Virus record (IMG/VR): IMGVR_UViG_3300027754_000003
Span: 1-64,000 of that record
Origin: a virus
Direction: 5' to 3' (one strand)
Length of the DNA: 64,000 bases
Numbering within the stretch: position 1 is the stretch's first letter; each line of letters starts with the position of its first letter. The translations under genes and the position numbers were made by a program. This document shows positions 35,044-44,221 of this stretch, piece by piece. The notes below the pieces were generated by a model, which had not been told where the DNA came from, made no database searches, and worked only from the letters and a program-made list of their open reading frames with translations.

Positions 35044-36123
35044 TTACGAGGAAGCGATTGCTCCGCCCTTGGTGTTCAGCAACACACGTGATTCGTGTGT
35101 AATCATGCCGAAGCCCCAAATGGCGTACCAAGCAAGACCATGCTCACGACCAAAGTCAATTACGCCACCGTCACGGAGTTCAACTGGCAATGCAATTGCA
35201 TGTCCAAAAGCGTTGTCACCGATCATAATTGCGTTGTACGACTCTGCGTTCATTGCCTGCACACCCGATGCTGAGTTGTTAATGTCTGCTGGGCCAGCAG
35301 CCTTCGTAACCTGTGTGGTTTCAATGAAGACTACGTCATACAGACGACCAATTTCACCAAGCATGAAGTTTCCTGGAGCAGCATACTTAGATACTTCAAT
35401 GAATTCAGGCCAGTCACGAAGCGCACGGCTCTGTGAAGGGTGAACGAAGCACACGTACGTGTCGCCAAGGCGTGGGATGTTCTGACCAGCAAGGATTTCA
35501 ACTGCATCCTTGATAGTTGCAGGTGAGAGGTAACCTGGGTTTGTTGCGTCACCCAAGGTGCCTGCATCGTAAGGAGCAATTGAACCACGAGTTGCACCGA
35601 GAGTTTTGCGACCAAACACGATGTTTGGAGGAACTGCGGAACCACCAGCAAATGGAATTGCGGTCTTGTACAGGGTGTTACGAGCCTGGATGTCCATAGA
35701 CTGTGCCATGTGACGACCAAGCAAGCGGCTTGACGATGCCATAACGTCATCAAATGATGCGTTAAGGAGCAATTCAGTAACTGCAAGAGCCTGACCTTGT
35801 TCGCCAACCGTGATTTGAATCTGTGATGCAGACAGTGATACTGGCTCCATACGGACACCTTCATCAAGGGTTGCGCCTTCGTCTTGGTCTACTGCAAGGT
35901 TGCTGTAACGCATGAAGTTGATGGTCAAACCTGGTTGAACACCAAGTTCGGTCTTCTTCACTGCGAACTGCTCAAAACGTAGAACAGGCATTGCTTGGAA
36001 CAAAATCTCTTTGGACCAGATAGTTTGAATTGCTGGGGATAAAGCGGAATCGCTACTGTAGCCAGTTGAACTGATGTTCGCTGTTGCAGTAATCGCACCG
36101 CCTGTTGGTGCTGGAAATGCCAT
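35044..36123 (-). CDS. major capsid protein, N4-gp56 family
   Basis: IWSKEILFQAMP.LRFEQFA, G.TI.F.RY, YVCFVHPSQ, GEIGRLYDVVFIET; AAGGAG RBS. Confidence 0.92.
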   Translation of the reverse strand: MAFPAPTGGAITATANISSTGYSSDSALSPAIQTIWSKEILFQAMPVLRFEQFAVKKTELGVQPGLTINFMRYSNLAVDQDEGATLDEGVRMEPVSLSASQIQITVGEQGQALAVTELLLNASFDDVMASSSRLLGRHMAQSMDIQARNTLYKTAIPFAGGSAVPPNIVFGRKTLGATRGSIAPYDAGTLGDATNPGYLSPATIKDAVEILAGQNIPRLGDTYVCFVHPSQSRALRDWPEFIEVSKYAAPGNFMLGEIGRLYDVVFIETTQVTKAAGPADINNSASGVQAMNAESYNAIMIGDNAFGHAIALPVELRDGGVIDFGREHGLAWYAIWGFGMITHESRVLLNTKGGAIASS

Positions 36124-36155
36124 GATGTCTCCTTAAGTGACTATGGATAGATTAT

Positions 36156-36935
36156 TTAAAACCGACCTTTTGATCGGGAACTTAAAAGCCTGTCTCGCAT
36201 TTTAACATACTGGTCCATTGTCATGTTTCGGATGTCCTCCGCATTCAATGTTTGGTATTCCGTTTGAGTTTCCATTGGCCCAACGGATGGTGACGTTACT
36301 GCCACACCCCTAACACGACTCGGTTGAGTCGCTTGTTGGATACTCTCAATAATAGCAGCACTCCGTTGACGAAGGATTTCCACTGATGCTTCAATCTCTT
36401 CTGGGGTGTTGCCTGCGACCAAATCAATCAGTTCTGGAATGATTTCGTCTTGAGACTCGTGTACACGGCGCTGGCGGTAGGTTTCAACCTCACGCAACTG
36501 GCGCTCTTTATCTAGGAGTGCCGACTGTGCTGCACGTTCTGCTTCAATCTGAGCAAAACGACTCTGCCATTCAGCATCCACATTCTTAATCTTGACATTG
36601 AAATCATCCTCGGTTCGCTTGAGAAGTTCTTTTGCACTCAACTCATCAAACTCACGCTGGCGGCGAATCTCTTCGTCTTTACGGGCAATTTCCTGTGCTT
36701 CACGGATTGCCTTTTCACGGTCTGAAGCAAGGGATGTAACTTGCTCTTCCATGCTCTTGTAGCGGCTTTCAGCCTCTTCAATGCGCTTGTAGAGTTTGTC
36801 CTTCTCTTGCTTGCGGATGTTTTCTACTTCATCTTCAGTGAAGATTTTGCCCTTTGGGGCTACTGTGTTTGCCTCCGCATGAAAGGCTTCTGTAGCCTCC
36901 ACAGGGATGACAATTTCGTCATTACCTTTTGCCAT
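36156..36935 (-). CDS. capsid scaffolding protein
   Basis: Long coiled coil between portal and capsid genes; C-terminus DIRNMTMDQYVKMRDRLL. Confidence 0.8.
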   Translation of the reverse strand: MAKGNDEIVIPVEATEAFHAEANTVAPKGKIFTEDEVENIRKQEKDKLYKRIEEAESRYKSMEEQVTSLASDREKAIREAQEIARKDEEIRRQREFDELSAKELLKRTEDDFNVKIKNVDAEWQSRFAQIEAERAAQSALLDKERQLREVETYRQRRVHESQDEIIPELIDLVAGNTPEEIEASVEILRQRSAAIIESIQQATQPSRVRGVAVTSPSVGPMETQTEYQTLNAEDIRNMTMDQYVKMRDRLLSSRSKGRF

Positions 36936-36988
36936 GATTTTCTCCTAAGTGTTGTTTAGCAAATATTGACTTGAATTATTTATACGTG

Positions 36989-38680
36989 TTATTTATCTTC
37001 GTCAGGTATACGGCGCTGGGCGAACCTTGCTCCGTATGCCTTACTAGTCATTTGATTCATCAATTCCATTTCTACTGGCGGTACAGCAGTTCCTGGAAGC
37101 ACTCCGCCCCCTTGAGGGCTTCCTGCACTAGTTACATTACCATCTCCTGAAGGAGCAGGTTCAAGACCCCCTCCATTAGGAAGTAGTCCTGTAGCCATCA
37201 TTACCGCTTGACCAATTTGAGCACGAATCATATCCAGTGCTCCTTGGTCAACAGCGTCATCTCGTAGTTCCTCAAAGACTTCAATCATCTTCTCATTCGG
37301 GAACTCTTCACCTAGGGCTCGTAGTGCGCCCTTCTTAGACTCAATACCTAAAGCCATCTTTGCCTGCACTTCATTGAGTTTGATGAGAGCATCAACAGGA
37401 AGGGGGTCGGGCCAATGGATTGTTGTCTTATATGTATTTGGGTCATTGGGGTCCAACTGCGTGAGCATGTCTGGCTCAGGCATTGCCGTTTGTGAAGGGT
37501 TGTAAATAAGCAACTCTGGAATAAACACAGCACAAGTTTTAATAATGATTTCGTTAAGTTTCTCAAGACCCTGTGTAAAGTGAATCTTCTTCATCTGGTA
37601 ACGGTTCATCAAAGGCTGATACTGGATAGCCAAAGCAACACCTGAAGTGTTAGATACTGGTTGGAATTGACCAAGGGCAGTTTCAGGAACACCAGTGATT
37701 TCGTGCATTGCTCGTTTAATCATTTGCACGTATTCAATAGCACCAGACATTTCACCACGTGATTCAAGGTTAAATACTTGTGCTTCTTTTGGAAGTCCAG
37801 CCCAAACCTTTTTAGGACCACGCTCAAGTTGTGAAGCCTTAGCGCCTGTAATAATTGTTACAGGAGCAGCATGGTAGTTAATGATGTCTGAAATTTCAGT
37901 CATCTTCTCGTTGAGTTCACGGTTCAACTGGATAATGTCCCAGATGTCTGACTGACCCCAAGGTGATGAAGTTATTGTAATGTTCGGAATGTGAACGATT
38001 GGAACAACACCAATTGGGTTTTCGTACTCGTCAATTAACTCATCATTGATAAATTGTTGCACGGTGTTATCCGTGAGGATTTCAGTAAAGGTGTAAACCT
38101 GACGAGTACCTTCGGGTGATGTACCCCAAAAGCGGTACTTAAGTTTGAAACGAATCAAACGCTCACGGTCATGGGGGTGATACTCAGGGAAACAATGCGC
38201 TGGGTTTAACGGGAGAATACGAACACGACCTGGATGTTGTAGACCAACACCGTCAGCGTAAGGCTCATCAAAAGCAACCTTTACAAAGCAGTCTCCAGTG
38301 ATACTTGCAAGTTGTCCCATTTGCCACAACAAATAATGTTTGTTGTTGTGGTTATCCCAAACCTCATGGAGGAGTTGGGGAATGATTGCTTCGTTTTGCT
38401 CAGGTACTTTAAATTGAATACCTTTACCAAAACAAAAGTTTGTAATGAAGTCCGACATGGTCTTCACATAGTTCATGGTGACATTGTTTTCACCTTGCTC
38501 ACGGCGGTGTGACCAGTGGTGTCCTAGATACCAAGCCCAAGCAGCAGAATACCTGTTGAGTCTTGGTCCGTGAACTTCAAACTCTTCGTCAGCAAGTTCA
38601 ACCAATCCAAGTGGACTAATCGCTACGGTTAAGTCGCTAGATGCCGCCCTATAAGACGGGGACCAAAAATCAACAGGCAT
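36989..38680 (-). CDS. portal protein (SPP1 gp6-like)
   Basis: N.LG.VPIVHIPN...WGQSD, SGVAL...YQPL; head-module synteny. Confidence 0.9.
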   Translation of the reverse strand: MPVDFWSPSYRAASSDLTVAISPLGLVELADEEFEVHGPRLNRYSAAWAWYLGHHWSHRREQGENNVTMNYVKTMSDFITNFCFGKGIQFKVPEQNEAIIPQLLHEVWDNHNNKHYLLWQMGQLASITGDCFVKVAFDEPYADGVGLQHPGRVRILPLNPAHCFPEYHPHDRERLIRFKLKYRFWGTSPEGTRQVYTFTEILTDNTVQQFINDELIDEYENPIGVVPIVHIPNITITSSPWGQSDIWDIIQLNRELNEKMTEISDIINYHAAPVTIITGAKASQLERGPKKVWAGLPKEAQVFNLESRGEMSGAIEYVQMIKRAMHEITGVPETALGQFQPVSNTSGVALAIQYQPLMNRYQMKKIHFTQGLEKLNEIIIKTCAVFIPELLIYNPSQTAMPEPDMLTQLDPNDPNTYKTTIHWPDPLPVDALIKLNEVQAKMALGIESKKGALRALGEEFPNEKMIEVFEELRDDAVDQGALDMIRAQIGQAVMMATGLLPNGGGLEPAPSGDGNVTSAGSPQGGGVLPGTAVPPVEMELMNQMTSKAYGARFAQRRIPDEDK

Positions 38681-38717
38681 TTGTTACACCTTTTCTGAAA
38701 AGAAGAATACTAAGATA

Positions 38718-38987
38718 TTACTTCTTTTTTGCTGGTGAGGCTTTTTTGGCTGGGGACTTCTTAGCAACTGGTGCTGCTTCCAAAGCCTTAGTCGCCACGC
38801 TCAAGAGAAGAGCCGTGTTCTTAGGACCAATCTTGGTTGAAATAACCGAGACAATTGCTGCTGCTGCAGGTACTGCAATTGCAATCATTTCTGGGGTCAA
38901 GTCCAACTTGGCTCCTAGATAAGTAAGTGCGCCCAAAATTGCGCCCTTGATTGCTGCATCTGCTGTTTCTACTTTTGCTTGATTCAT
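38718..38987 (-). CDS. small 2-TM membrane protein with PAKK tail
   Basis: Two hydrophobic helices, then APVAKKSPAKKASPAKKK. Confidence 0.7.
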   Translation of the reverse strand: MNQAKVETADAAIKGAILGALTYLGAKLDLTPEMIAIAVPAAAAIVSVISTKIGPKNTALLLSVATKALEAAPVAKKSPAKKASPAKKK

Positions 38988-39014
38988 GTTAACTCCTTAA
39001 TAGGGGATACCCGA

Positions 39015-39647
39015 TTATACAGGCTTACGGGTTTTACTTGTTTCGTACTCCTGAATGTACGTGTGATACGGAGGACCCGTATGAGGGTCAAATCTAGCAC
39101 TAACTGTCAGAGCCTTCAAAGCGTTAGTTTTAGCCTGTTGCACAGTTTGCTTCTTATTGTGCGTAAGTATTTGCATAGCCCCTAACGCATACTCACCACC
39201 AGAACCAATTACGTAAAGACCACTGGCTTCTGAAGCCCAAGCGTAATCACCATCAACGATATAAATAGTTCCATTAATGGCTACAAGGATTAACGACCCT
39301 TGCTCCGCAATATGTTCTTTATTCTCGTTGAGGTCGGGGATGGAGTATCCCTGAGCATCAAAGCATTCTCTGAGTGCTGGGATAAACTTCGCCGTAAAGA
39401 ACTGGTCAAGTTTCTTCCCCTTAAGGTTTGGTGGTGGGGTCGGCGGTTGAAACACGTGATGGAGAATGTTGATGGCTCGTACATCTCCAGCAGCACCAAG
39501 TAAATATTTTCCATTAGTTGATACCTTGCTGCTTCCTTCACGAAGCGTTCCTATTTGCGTGGCAATGCCCCCATCAATAGATGAGATACGAGAGTCCACA
39601 CATACGACAGCGAAACCATCACCTTGGACAGCAACGATAGTAGTCAT
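39015..39647 (-). CDS. HslV/proteasome beta-type Ntn threonine peptidase
   Basis: N-terminal (M)TTIVAV, DSR, SKV, GAAGD, IGSGG.YALGA, DPHTG. Confidence 0.88.
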   Translation of the reverse strand: MTTIVAVQGDGFAVVCVDSRISSIDGGIATQIGTLREGSSKVSTNGKYLLGAAGDVRAINILHHVFQPPTPPPNLKGKKLDQFFTAKFIPALRECFDAQGYSIPDLNENKEHIAEQGSLILVAINGTIYIVDGDYAWASEASGLYVIGSGGEYALGAMQILTHNKKQTVQQAKTNALKALTVSARFDPHTGPPYHTYIQEYETSKTRKPV

Positions 39648-39650
39648 GGT

Positions 39651-40808
39651 CTACTCGGCAATAAATTCTTTACCATGATACAACGCCCATCCGTTGTAAA
39701 TAGGAATAACATCGTATGAGAACCTGTGATTTCCGTCATCTTCGTAAGTGACAACACCAATACCTTGTTGCCAGTTCTCATACCGAGTTAGAGGTCGCCC
39801 GTCTAAATCCACCCCACCCCTAGTGCTAGGAATAGCCCCGTCAATCCTAGCCAAGCAGCCAGGAGAAGCAGCCATGATAGTTCTGGGACCATCAAAGTCT
39901 TCACGAGTTTTAAACGCTGTTTCAATGCGGTGAATGTGACCATAGATAACACTTGTCTTTTCTTGGTTGAGGTAAACATGTGCGGTTGACCCTGAAGATT
40001 TTACACGGTCACCGTGAATGATGCGAAGTTTTTCATTAACCCAATAATCTGATGCTGGGTAACCTGGTCGGTATTCAATACCAAACTCTTCCATGCGACA
40101 GAGATAAGGAACTGAAAGAACAGGCCATGACGCTGGTGTGTTTCCTTTGCGAAGACCATAAGCAGCACCTGCGTTTTGCACAAGGTACTTAGGCATACGC
40201 TCTTCGTGGTTTCCTGCAAGCCAGATAATCTTTGCATCTGGAGCAGCAGCACGAAGTTGAGCGCAGAACAAAGTTGCACGGTCAATTGATGCTTGCGTAG
40301 TTTGTGCGTACGCAGGATATGTCACATACTTACCCATCTCAGGTAAGTCAAGGTTGTCACCAACAAGAGCAACAACTTCAGGCTGTAAATCTTCTACAAG
40401 TTTGATGCAGATTTCAAGAGCCTTTTCATCATGCGTTGCTTCTAGCAAACCCTCACGGTTACGGAAATATCCAATTTGAATATCTGGTGGAACCACACAA
40501 GTTTTAAAACCTGTTAATTTTTTCTTAGTTGCTTTTGGCGTTGGCAATTTAATTGCAGGACCTTGTTGTACAACAGGCCATTCAGGACCTGATTCCCACT
40601 TAGGTGAGAATTTAAATTGCACACCAGCAAGGTCATGGATTTCCGCTTCACCTTCTTCGTTCTTGGTAAGCGATTGATACAAAGATACCCTTTGAATTTG
40701 GCCTATTTCATCTACGTCAATTCCTTGACGAGCAAATAAATCAGCAAGTTTTCCGAGCACTTCTTTAGGACTCTGTGGTCCAGCAGTTAGTTCTTCTTTA
40801 ATGGACAT
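39651..40808 (-). CDS. calcineurin-like metallophosphoesterase
   Basis: PDIQIG, GDNLD, GNHEER, IHGD, GHIHR, PGCL, NWQQG. Confidence 0.9.
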   Translation of the reverse strand: MSIKEELTAGPQSPKEVLGKLADLFARQGIDVDEIGQIQRVSLYQSLTKNEEGEAEIHDLAGVQFKFSPKWESGPEWPVVQQGPAIKLPTPKATKKKLTGFKTCVVPPDIQIGYFRNREGLLEATHDEKALEICIKLVEDLQPEVVALVGDNLDLPEMGKYVTYPAYAQTTQASIDRATLFCAQLRAAAPDAKIIWLAGNHEERMPKYLVQNAGAAYGLRKGNTPASWPVLSVPYLCRMEEFGIEYRPGYPASDYWVNEKLRIIHGDRVKSSGSTAHVYLNQEKTSVIYGHIHRIETAFKTREDFDGPRTIMAASPGCLARIDGAIPSTRGGVDLDGRPLTRYENWQQGIGVVTYEDDGNHRFSYDVIPIYNGWALYHGKEFIAE

Positions 40809-41079
40809 CGCAACTACACATCTTTCTACTATGTTTTTCTACCATTCGGATTGTTACATCATGCTCATGTTTTTTAAGCAAATCAGAAAGCCACTTATAC
40901 GTGTAGCCACTAGTTTGGATTGAGCGAGGTGAAGCGTTCTTTTCTCGTATCTTAACGAACGCATCGTCTAATGCTGCTTGCTCTTCAACAGACATTTCAT
41001 TACGGACTTTGCCAATACCGCAAAGTTTTAGAGGAGCAGAACCTGCTTTAAGTTCGTCTAATAAACTATTTTTTGACAT
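40798..41079 (-). CDS. small Zn-binding HTH-like protein
   Basis: N-terminal C and C-terminal H...CSC; coupled to the phosphoesterase gene. Confidence 0.65.
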   Translation of the reverse strand: MSKNSLLDELKAGSAPLKLCGIGKVRNEMSVEEQAALDDAFVKIREKNASPRSIQTSGYTYKWLSDLLKKHEHDVTIRMVEKHSRKMCSCDVH

Positions 41080-41209
41080 TTTTCTTCTCCAACTTGTGTC
41101 GTTCTTTTTGAAGCACCTCTATTACTCTGAACAATTCTTCAGTATCAGAAGGCCCAACAAAGACCTTACTGAGATAATAGAGGATACGGTCAATGTCATG
41201 TACCTTCAT
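41066..41209 (-). CDS. small hypothetical protein (47 aa)
   Basis: Read manually: MKVHDIDRILYYLSKVFVGPSDTEELFRVIEVLQKERHKLEKKNVKK; directly downstream of a strong promoter. Confidence 0.65.
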   Translation of the reverse strand: MKVHDIDRILYYLSKVFVGPSDTEELFRVIEVLQKERHKLEKKNVKK

Positions 41210-41237
41210 GCTACCACCCTTTTGGTTTAGGTTGTGT

Positions 41238-41266
41238 AGCGTATCCTACCTAAGTAGGTGTGTCAA
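41238..41266 (-). promoter_or_regulatory. SigA-type promoter with a palindromic spacer
   Basis: TTGACA-17 nt-TACGCT; the spacer holds CCTAC-TTAG-GTAGG. Confidence 0.8.
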
Positions 41267-41803
41267 CTACCCCTGAAAGGAAGCGACAGCCTCTGGCATA
41301 TTGTCACCACATACGTAGCGCAAGTGCCAAGGCTCTTCGGGAACGACTTCCCATGAGAAACCAAATTTCTTAACATTGGCAATAAGCCAATTAAGACGCT
41401 TTGCTTCACCTGCATTAGCCACATCAACGGCAATGCCGAGGTTGTGCTGGGACTTACCAGGTGTCGCCAGGGTCGCCATACCTTTCTTCAAATACCAAGT
41501 CTTTCCTTCAAAAGTCTTGGTTTTGCCAGTTCCCGTATCGGCTAGTTGATAGCGTGTGAGGAAACCTTTTTTCTGTGTTTCGTAATCACGATATGTGTCG
41601 CCTGCTGAAGTCGGCTTGAGTTCAATACCTTCAGCCTTTGCAGCAGCAACCATTGCAGCCCATGCTTTTGCTGCAATGTGGTGCATCTTTCCGCCACCTA
41701 CTGCTGGAACAAGAAGGTTTGCTGGCAACTTTCCAGGCTCAATGCCCTTAAGGTCTTTTGGCAATACAACTGGAACAATGTAATCCCATGCAACTTTACT
41801 CAT
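41267..41803 (-). CDS. endolysin, peptidase M15 (VanY-like)
   Basis: YRDYETQ, ATPGKSQHNLGIAVD, EPWHLRY. Confidence 0.88.
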   Translation of the reverse strand: MSKVAWDYIVPVVLPKDLKGIEPGKLPANLLVPAVGGGKMHHIAAKAWAAMVAAAKAEGIELKPTSAGDTYRDYETQKKGFLTRYQLADTGTGKTKTFEGKTWYLKKGMATLATPGKSQHNLGIAVDVANAGEAKRLNWLIANVKKFGFSWEVVPEEPWHLRYVCGDNMPEAVASFQG

Positions 41804-42084
41804 ACTTCTTCCTCCTCAGTAGGAATTTCTGTAATGTCATCTTTTTTCTTAATACCGTTAGACATTACTAAACCTCCAAGAGAGCCAGTAAGGAACACGG
41901 TAAGAGTTTTTAGCAAGTCAATAAAGGCAGCATCGTTAGGTGCTTGTGCTCCAATTGGTTGTGTAATAAACATAAGAGCGTAAACAAAACCAAACACACA
42001 GGCTGCAAATACAAGAGCAAGAACTATGCCAACAAAGAAAATAAGTCGGGCGTGAAGTTCTTCTGGGCTAAATCGTTTTTTCAT
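41800..42084 (-). CDS. holin-like 2-TM protein
   Basis: Two TM helices and a charged C-terminus; ATGA-coupled to the endolysin gene. Confidence 0.65.
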   Translation of the reverse strand: MKKRFSPEELHARLIFFVGIVLALVFAACVFGFVYALMFITQPIGAQAPNDAAFIDLLKTLTVFLTGSLGGLVMSNGIKKKDDITEIPTEEEEV

Positions 42085-42299
42085 GGGGCTACTGTCTCCT
42101 GTGGGGCTGTGGTATCTACAGTGGATTCATGTGGGTCAAAACCAATCACATCTACGGTGCAGGTTCCTGAAACTTTGCACTCTGGCGGTGTACATTCTTT
42201 AGCATCCCAGTTTGCTGGGTCTTGGCATGTATATCTGTACGCACCGTCATAGCCACAACTTGCCAAAAGCATTACTGAAACAAAGAATAACTTTTTCAT
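42081..42299 (-). CDS. small Cys-containing lipoprotein
   Basis: MKK + hydrophobic core + lipobox LASC; three further Cys. Confidence 0.8.
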   Translation of the reverse strand: MKKLFFVSVMLLASCGYDGAYRYTCQDPANWDAKECTPPECKVSGTCTVDVIGFDPHESTVDTTAPQETVAP

Positions 42300-42514
42300 T
42301 TCTTTTCTTTATCCATATGCCAGTCAATGTGGGTACTTAAACGATTAGCCACGTTTTCAACACCAGTACGAACTTTACGAAGTTCAACCATTACGTTTGC
42401 GTGGTCTTGGCGATTTTCTTTTCTAAAGTTTTTGAATTCCCTTAACAGAAAACCTAATCCTGCCCCTACTACAGGTATAGCAGCAGCGATGATGATTGCC
42501 CACGAGTCCGTCAT
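42296..42514 (-). CDS. membrane-anchored coiled-coil protein of the lysis cassette
   Basis: N-terminal TM, then a coiled coil ending HIDWH. Confidence 0.7.
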   Translation of the reverse strand: MTDSWAIIIAAAIPVVGAGLGFLLREFKNFRKENRQDHANVMVELRKVRTGVENVANRLSTHIDWHMDKEKK

Positions 42515-42517
42515 AGA

Positions 42518-43672
42518 TCACTCAGCATTCCAAAATTGAGGACCATTCATTTTCCTACGAACAACATCGTGCATTGGAATATTGAATGTTTGTACTGGAG
42601 AAACTGGTGATTCGTCACCTTCAAAAGTTGCACCTGGTGTGTACGGTGTGTGTTTGTCAGTTAAAAACTGTTCTGCTTTTGCTTGACGTTCAGGAGCACG
42701 TTTTGAAAATCCAGGGCTTTTAGCACGAAGCATTCCAGCACTACCAGTAAATGGGCGTAATGGGATAACGTCATGTTCGTCATAATCAACAGCAGACATT
42801 ACCAATGGTCCACCTTTAAACTGAACGCTTACATGAGATGGGATTTCTTTAGGGTGCGTGGATGTTCCATAGTTTGTTGCAGGAACGGCAATGTCAATAC
42901 CACGACTTTGTAATTGTTTGCCACGAGCAAGAGTTGTTTGCCCACTCCAACTAGGTACTCGCACTACGTTAGGTTGTCTCCAAGTAGGCTCTGGTCCTGG
43001 AAGCACATCTTTTGCTAACCCTTTTCCATACTCTGAGACAAGTAAACTTGGATAACCTTTGAATGGACCATCTTCTTGAGGTTTTGAGTGTCTACCTATT
43101 ACGTAGTCACCAATGTCCATTTCGTCTATTAGCAATTCACTTGTTGCGTCAAACCTACCCACAGCAAGTTTTGGTCCATGACCTTTTGCTCTGTTATAGG
43201 TTGCCGCATCTCTCACGTGGTTATCAACCTCATTAGCAAGAAGAGCAACAGCATCTGGACCCATTTGCTCAAGAGCATTAGTTCTTGCTATTTGATTAGC
43301 AAGGTCTTGAAAACCACTGTCATGCAGACAAGCCGCAGTACATGGGCCAGTCTTATGTCGGCAAGTATCCGCAGTAGCAAATTTACCTGCTGGTGTCAGG
43401 TACATTCCTCTCATAAGTGCATGTTGCACCGTTGGGTCCGATGCGCTTCCTGTTTTATCAAATTTTATACTGCCACTTAAAAACTTAATGTCCTTACTGG
43501 CTCTTAATGGTTCTCCAGTTTTCTTGTCATTACGCATAGGATTCTCAGTTGCGTCTGCAATACTTTGAAATTTCTTTTGAGCCATTTGTAGTTTTCGGTC
43601 ATCTTTGTGGACCTTTTCTACATCTGCATATGAAATTTTGGCTAATTGTTCGTCAAGCCATCGCCGTGCCAT
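42518..43672 (-). CDS. GP88-like Cys-cluster protein (divergent)
   Basis: YLTPA...TCRHKTGPCTAACL..SG, RFDATSE, DYDEHD...L.AK resemble phage gene product 88. Confidence 0.55.
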   Translation of the reverse strand: MARRWLDEQLAKISYADVEKVHKDDRKLQMAQKKFQSIADATENPMRNDKKTGEPLRASKDIKFLSGSIKFDKTGSASDPTVQHALMRGMYLTPAGKFATADTCRHKTGPCTAACLHDSGFQDLANQIARTNALEQMGPDAVALLANEVDNHVRDAATYNRAKGHGPKLAVGRFDATSELLIDEMDIGDYVIGRHSKPQEDGPFKGYPSLLVSEYGKGLAKDVLPGPEPTWRQPNVVRVPSWSGQTTLARGKQLQSRGIDIAVPATNYGTSTHPKEIPSHVSVQFKGGPLVMSAVDYDEHDVIPLRPFTGSAGMLRAKSPGFSKRAPERQAKAEQFLTDKHTPYTPGATFEGDESPVSPVQTFNIPMHDVVRRKMNGPQFWNAE

Positions 43673-43676
43673 GTTG

Positions 43677-44219
43677 TTACCCCTGCTCGTAGTCGTACTG
43701 GTCTTTACGACCCTTACTCACGTGAATAGCCCTACGGCGAAGGTCAGTCTCTTTTACTAAACGACCTTCATCCTCTGGGAGAACTGTGTCTTTAAGTTTC
43801 TTGTCAAGCATTGGTTTACCAGGACCAAACGCAGAATCAATTGGGTCAGACAACGGGTCACGTTGTCTGAATTGAGATTCCTGTAATGTGTCTGCTGCTT
43901 GTAGGTCACGGGGAACTACATAACCAGTTGGTTGATAAACCTTGACACCCATGTCATTCTTAAGATAAGAGGTAAGAACAAATGGGTGTCGGCGTTCACG
44001 AGTTTTAGGTGGTGGGGCGACCTGAAAGGAAGAGTAGAACTGACCAGTTCTGCTTACGTACAAACTAGGACTATACGCTCCCGTAGGGCTTAGTCCATAC
44101 GTTTGGGCAATGCTTTCCTTTAGGTCATCAGTTGAAGTTAGAGCAGGCGAGTCAGAACCAAGTGGTTCAGAACCCGTTGCACCAGCGTCAACACCTGAGT
44201 CGCCGCCGACATCTGACAT
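43677..44219 (-). CDS. hypothetical protein
   Basis: 180 aa ORF in the operon downstream of the terminase. Confidence 0.7.
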   Translation of the reverse strand: MSDVGGDSGVDAGATGSEPLGSDSPALTSTDDLKESIAQTYGLSPTGAYSPSLYVSRTGQFYSSFQVAPPPKTRERRHPFVLTSYLKNDMGVKVYQPTGYVVPRDLQAADTLQESQFRQRDPLSDPIDSAFGPGKPMLDKKLKDTVLPEDEGRLVKETDLRRRAIHVSKGRKDQYDYEQG

Positions 44220-44221
44220 GG

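Noticed and set aside
36977-36984. TATAAATA resembling a T4 late promoter before the scaffold gene
   Set aside because: Single occurrence noticed; other late genes use TANNNT elements and no gp55-like sigma factor is in the window.
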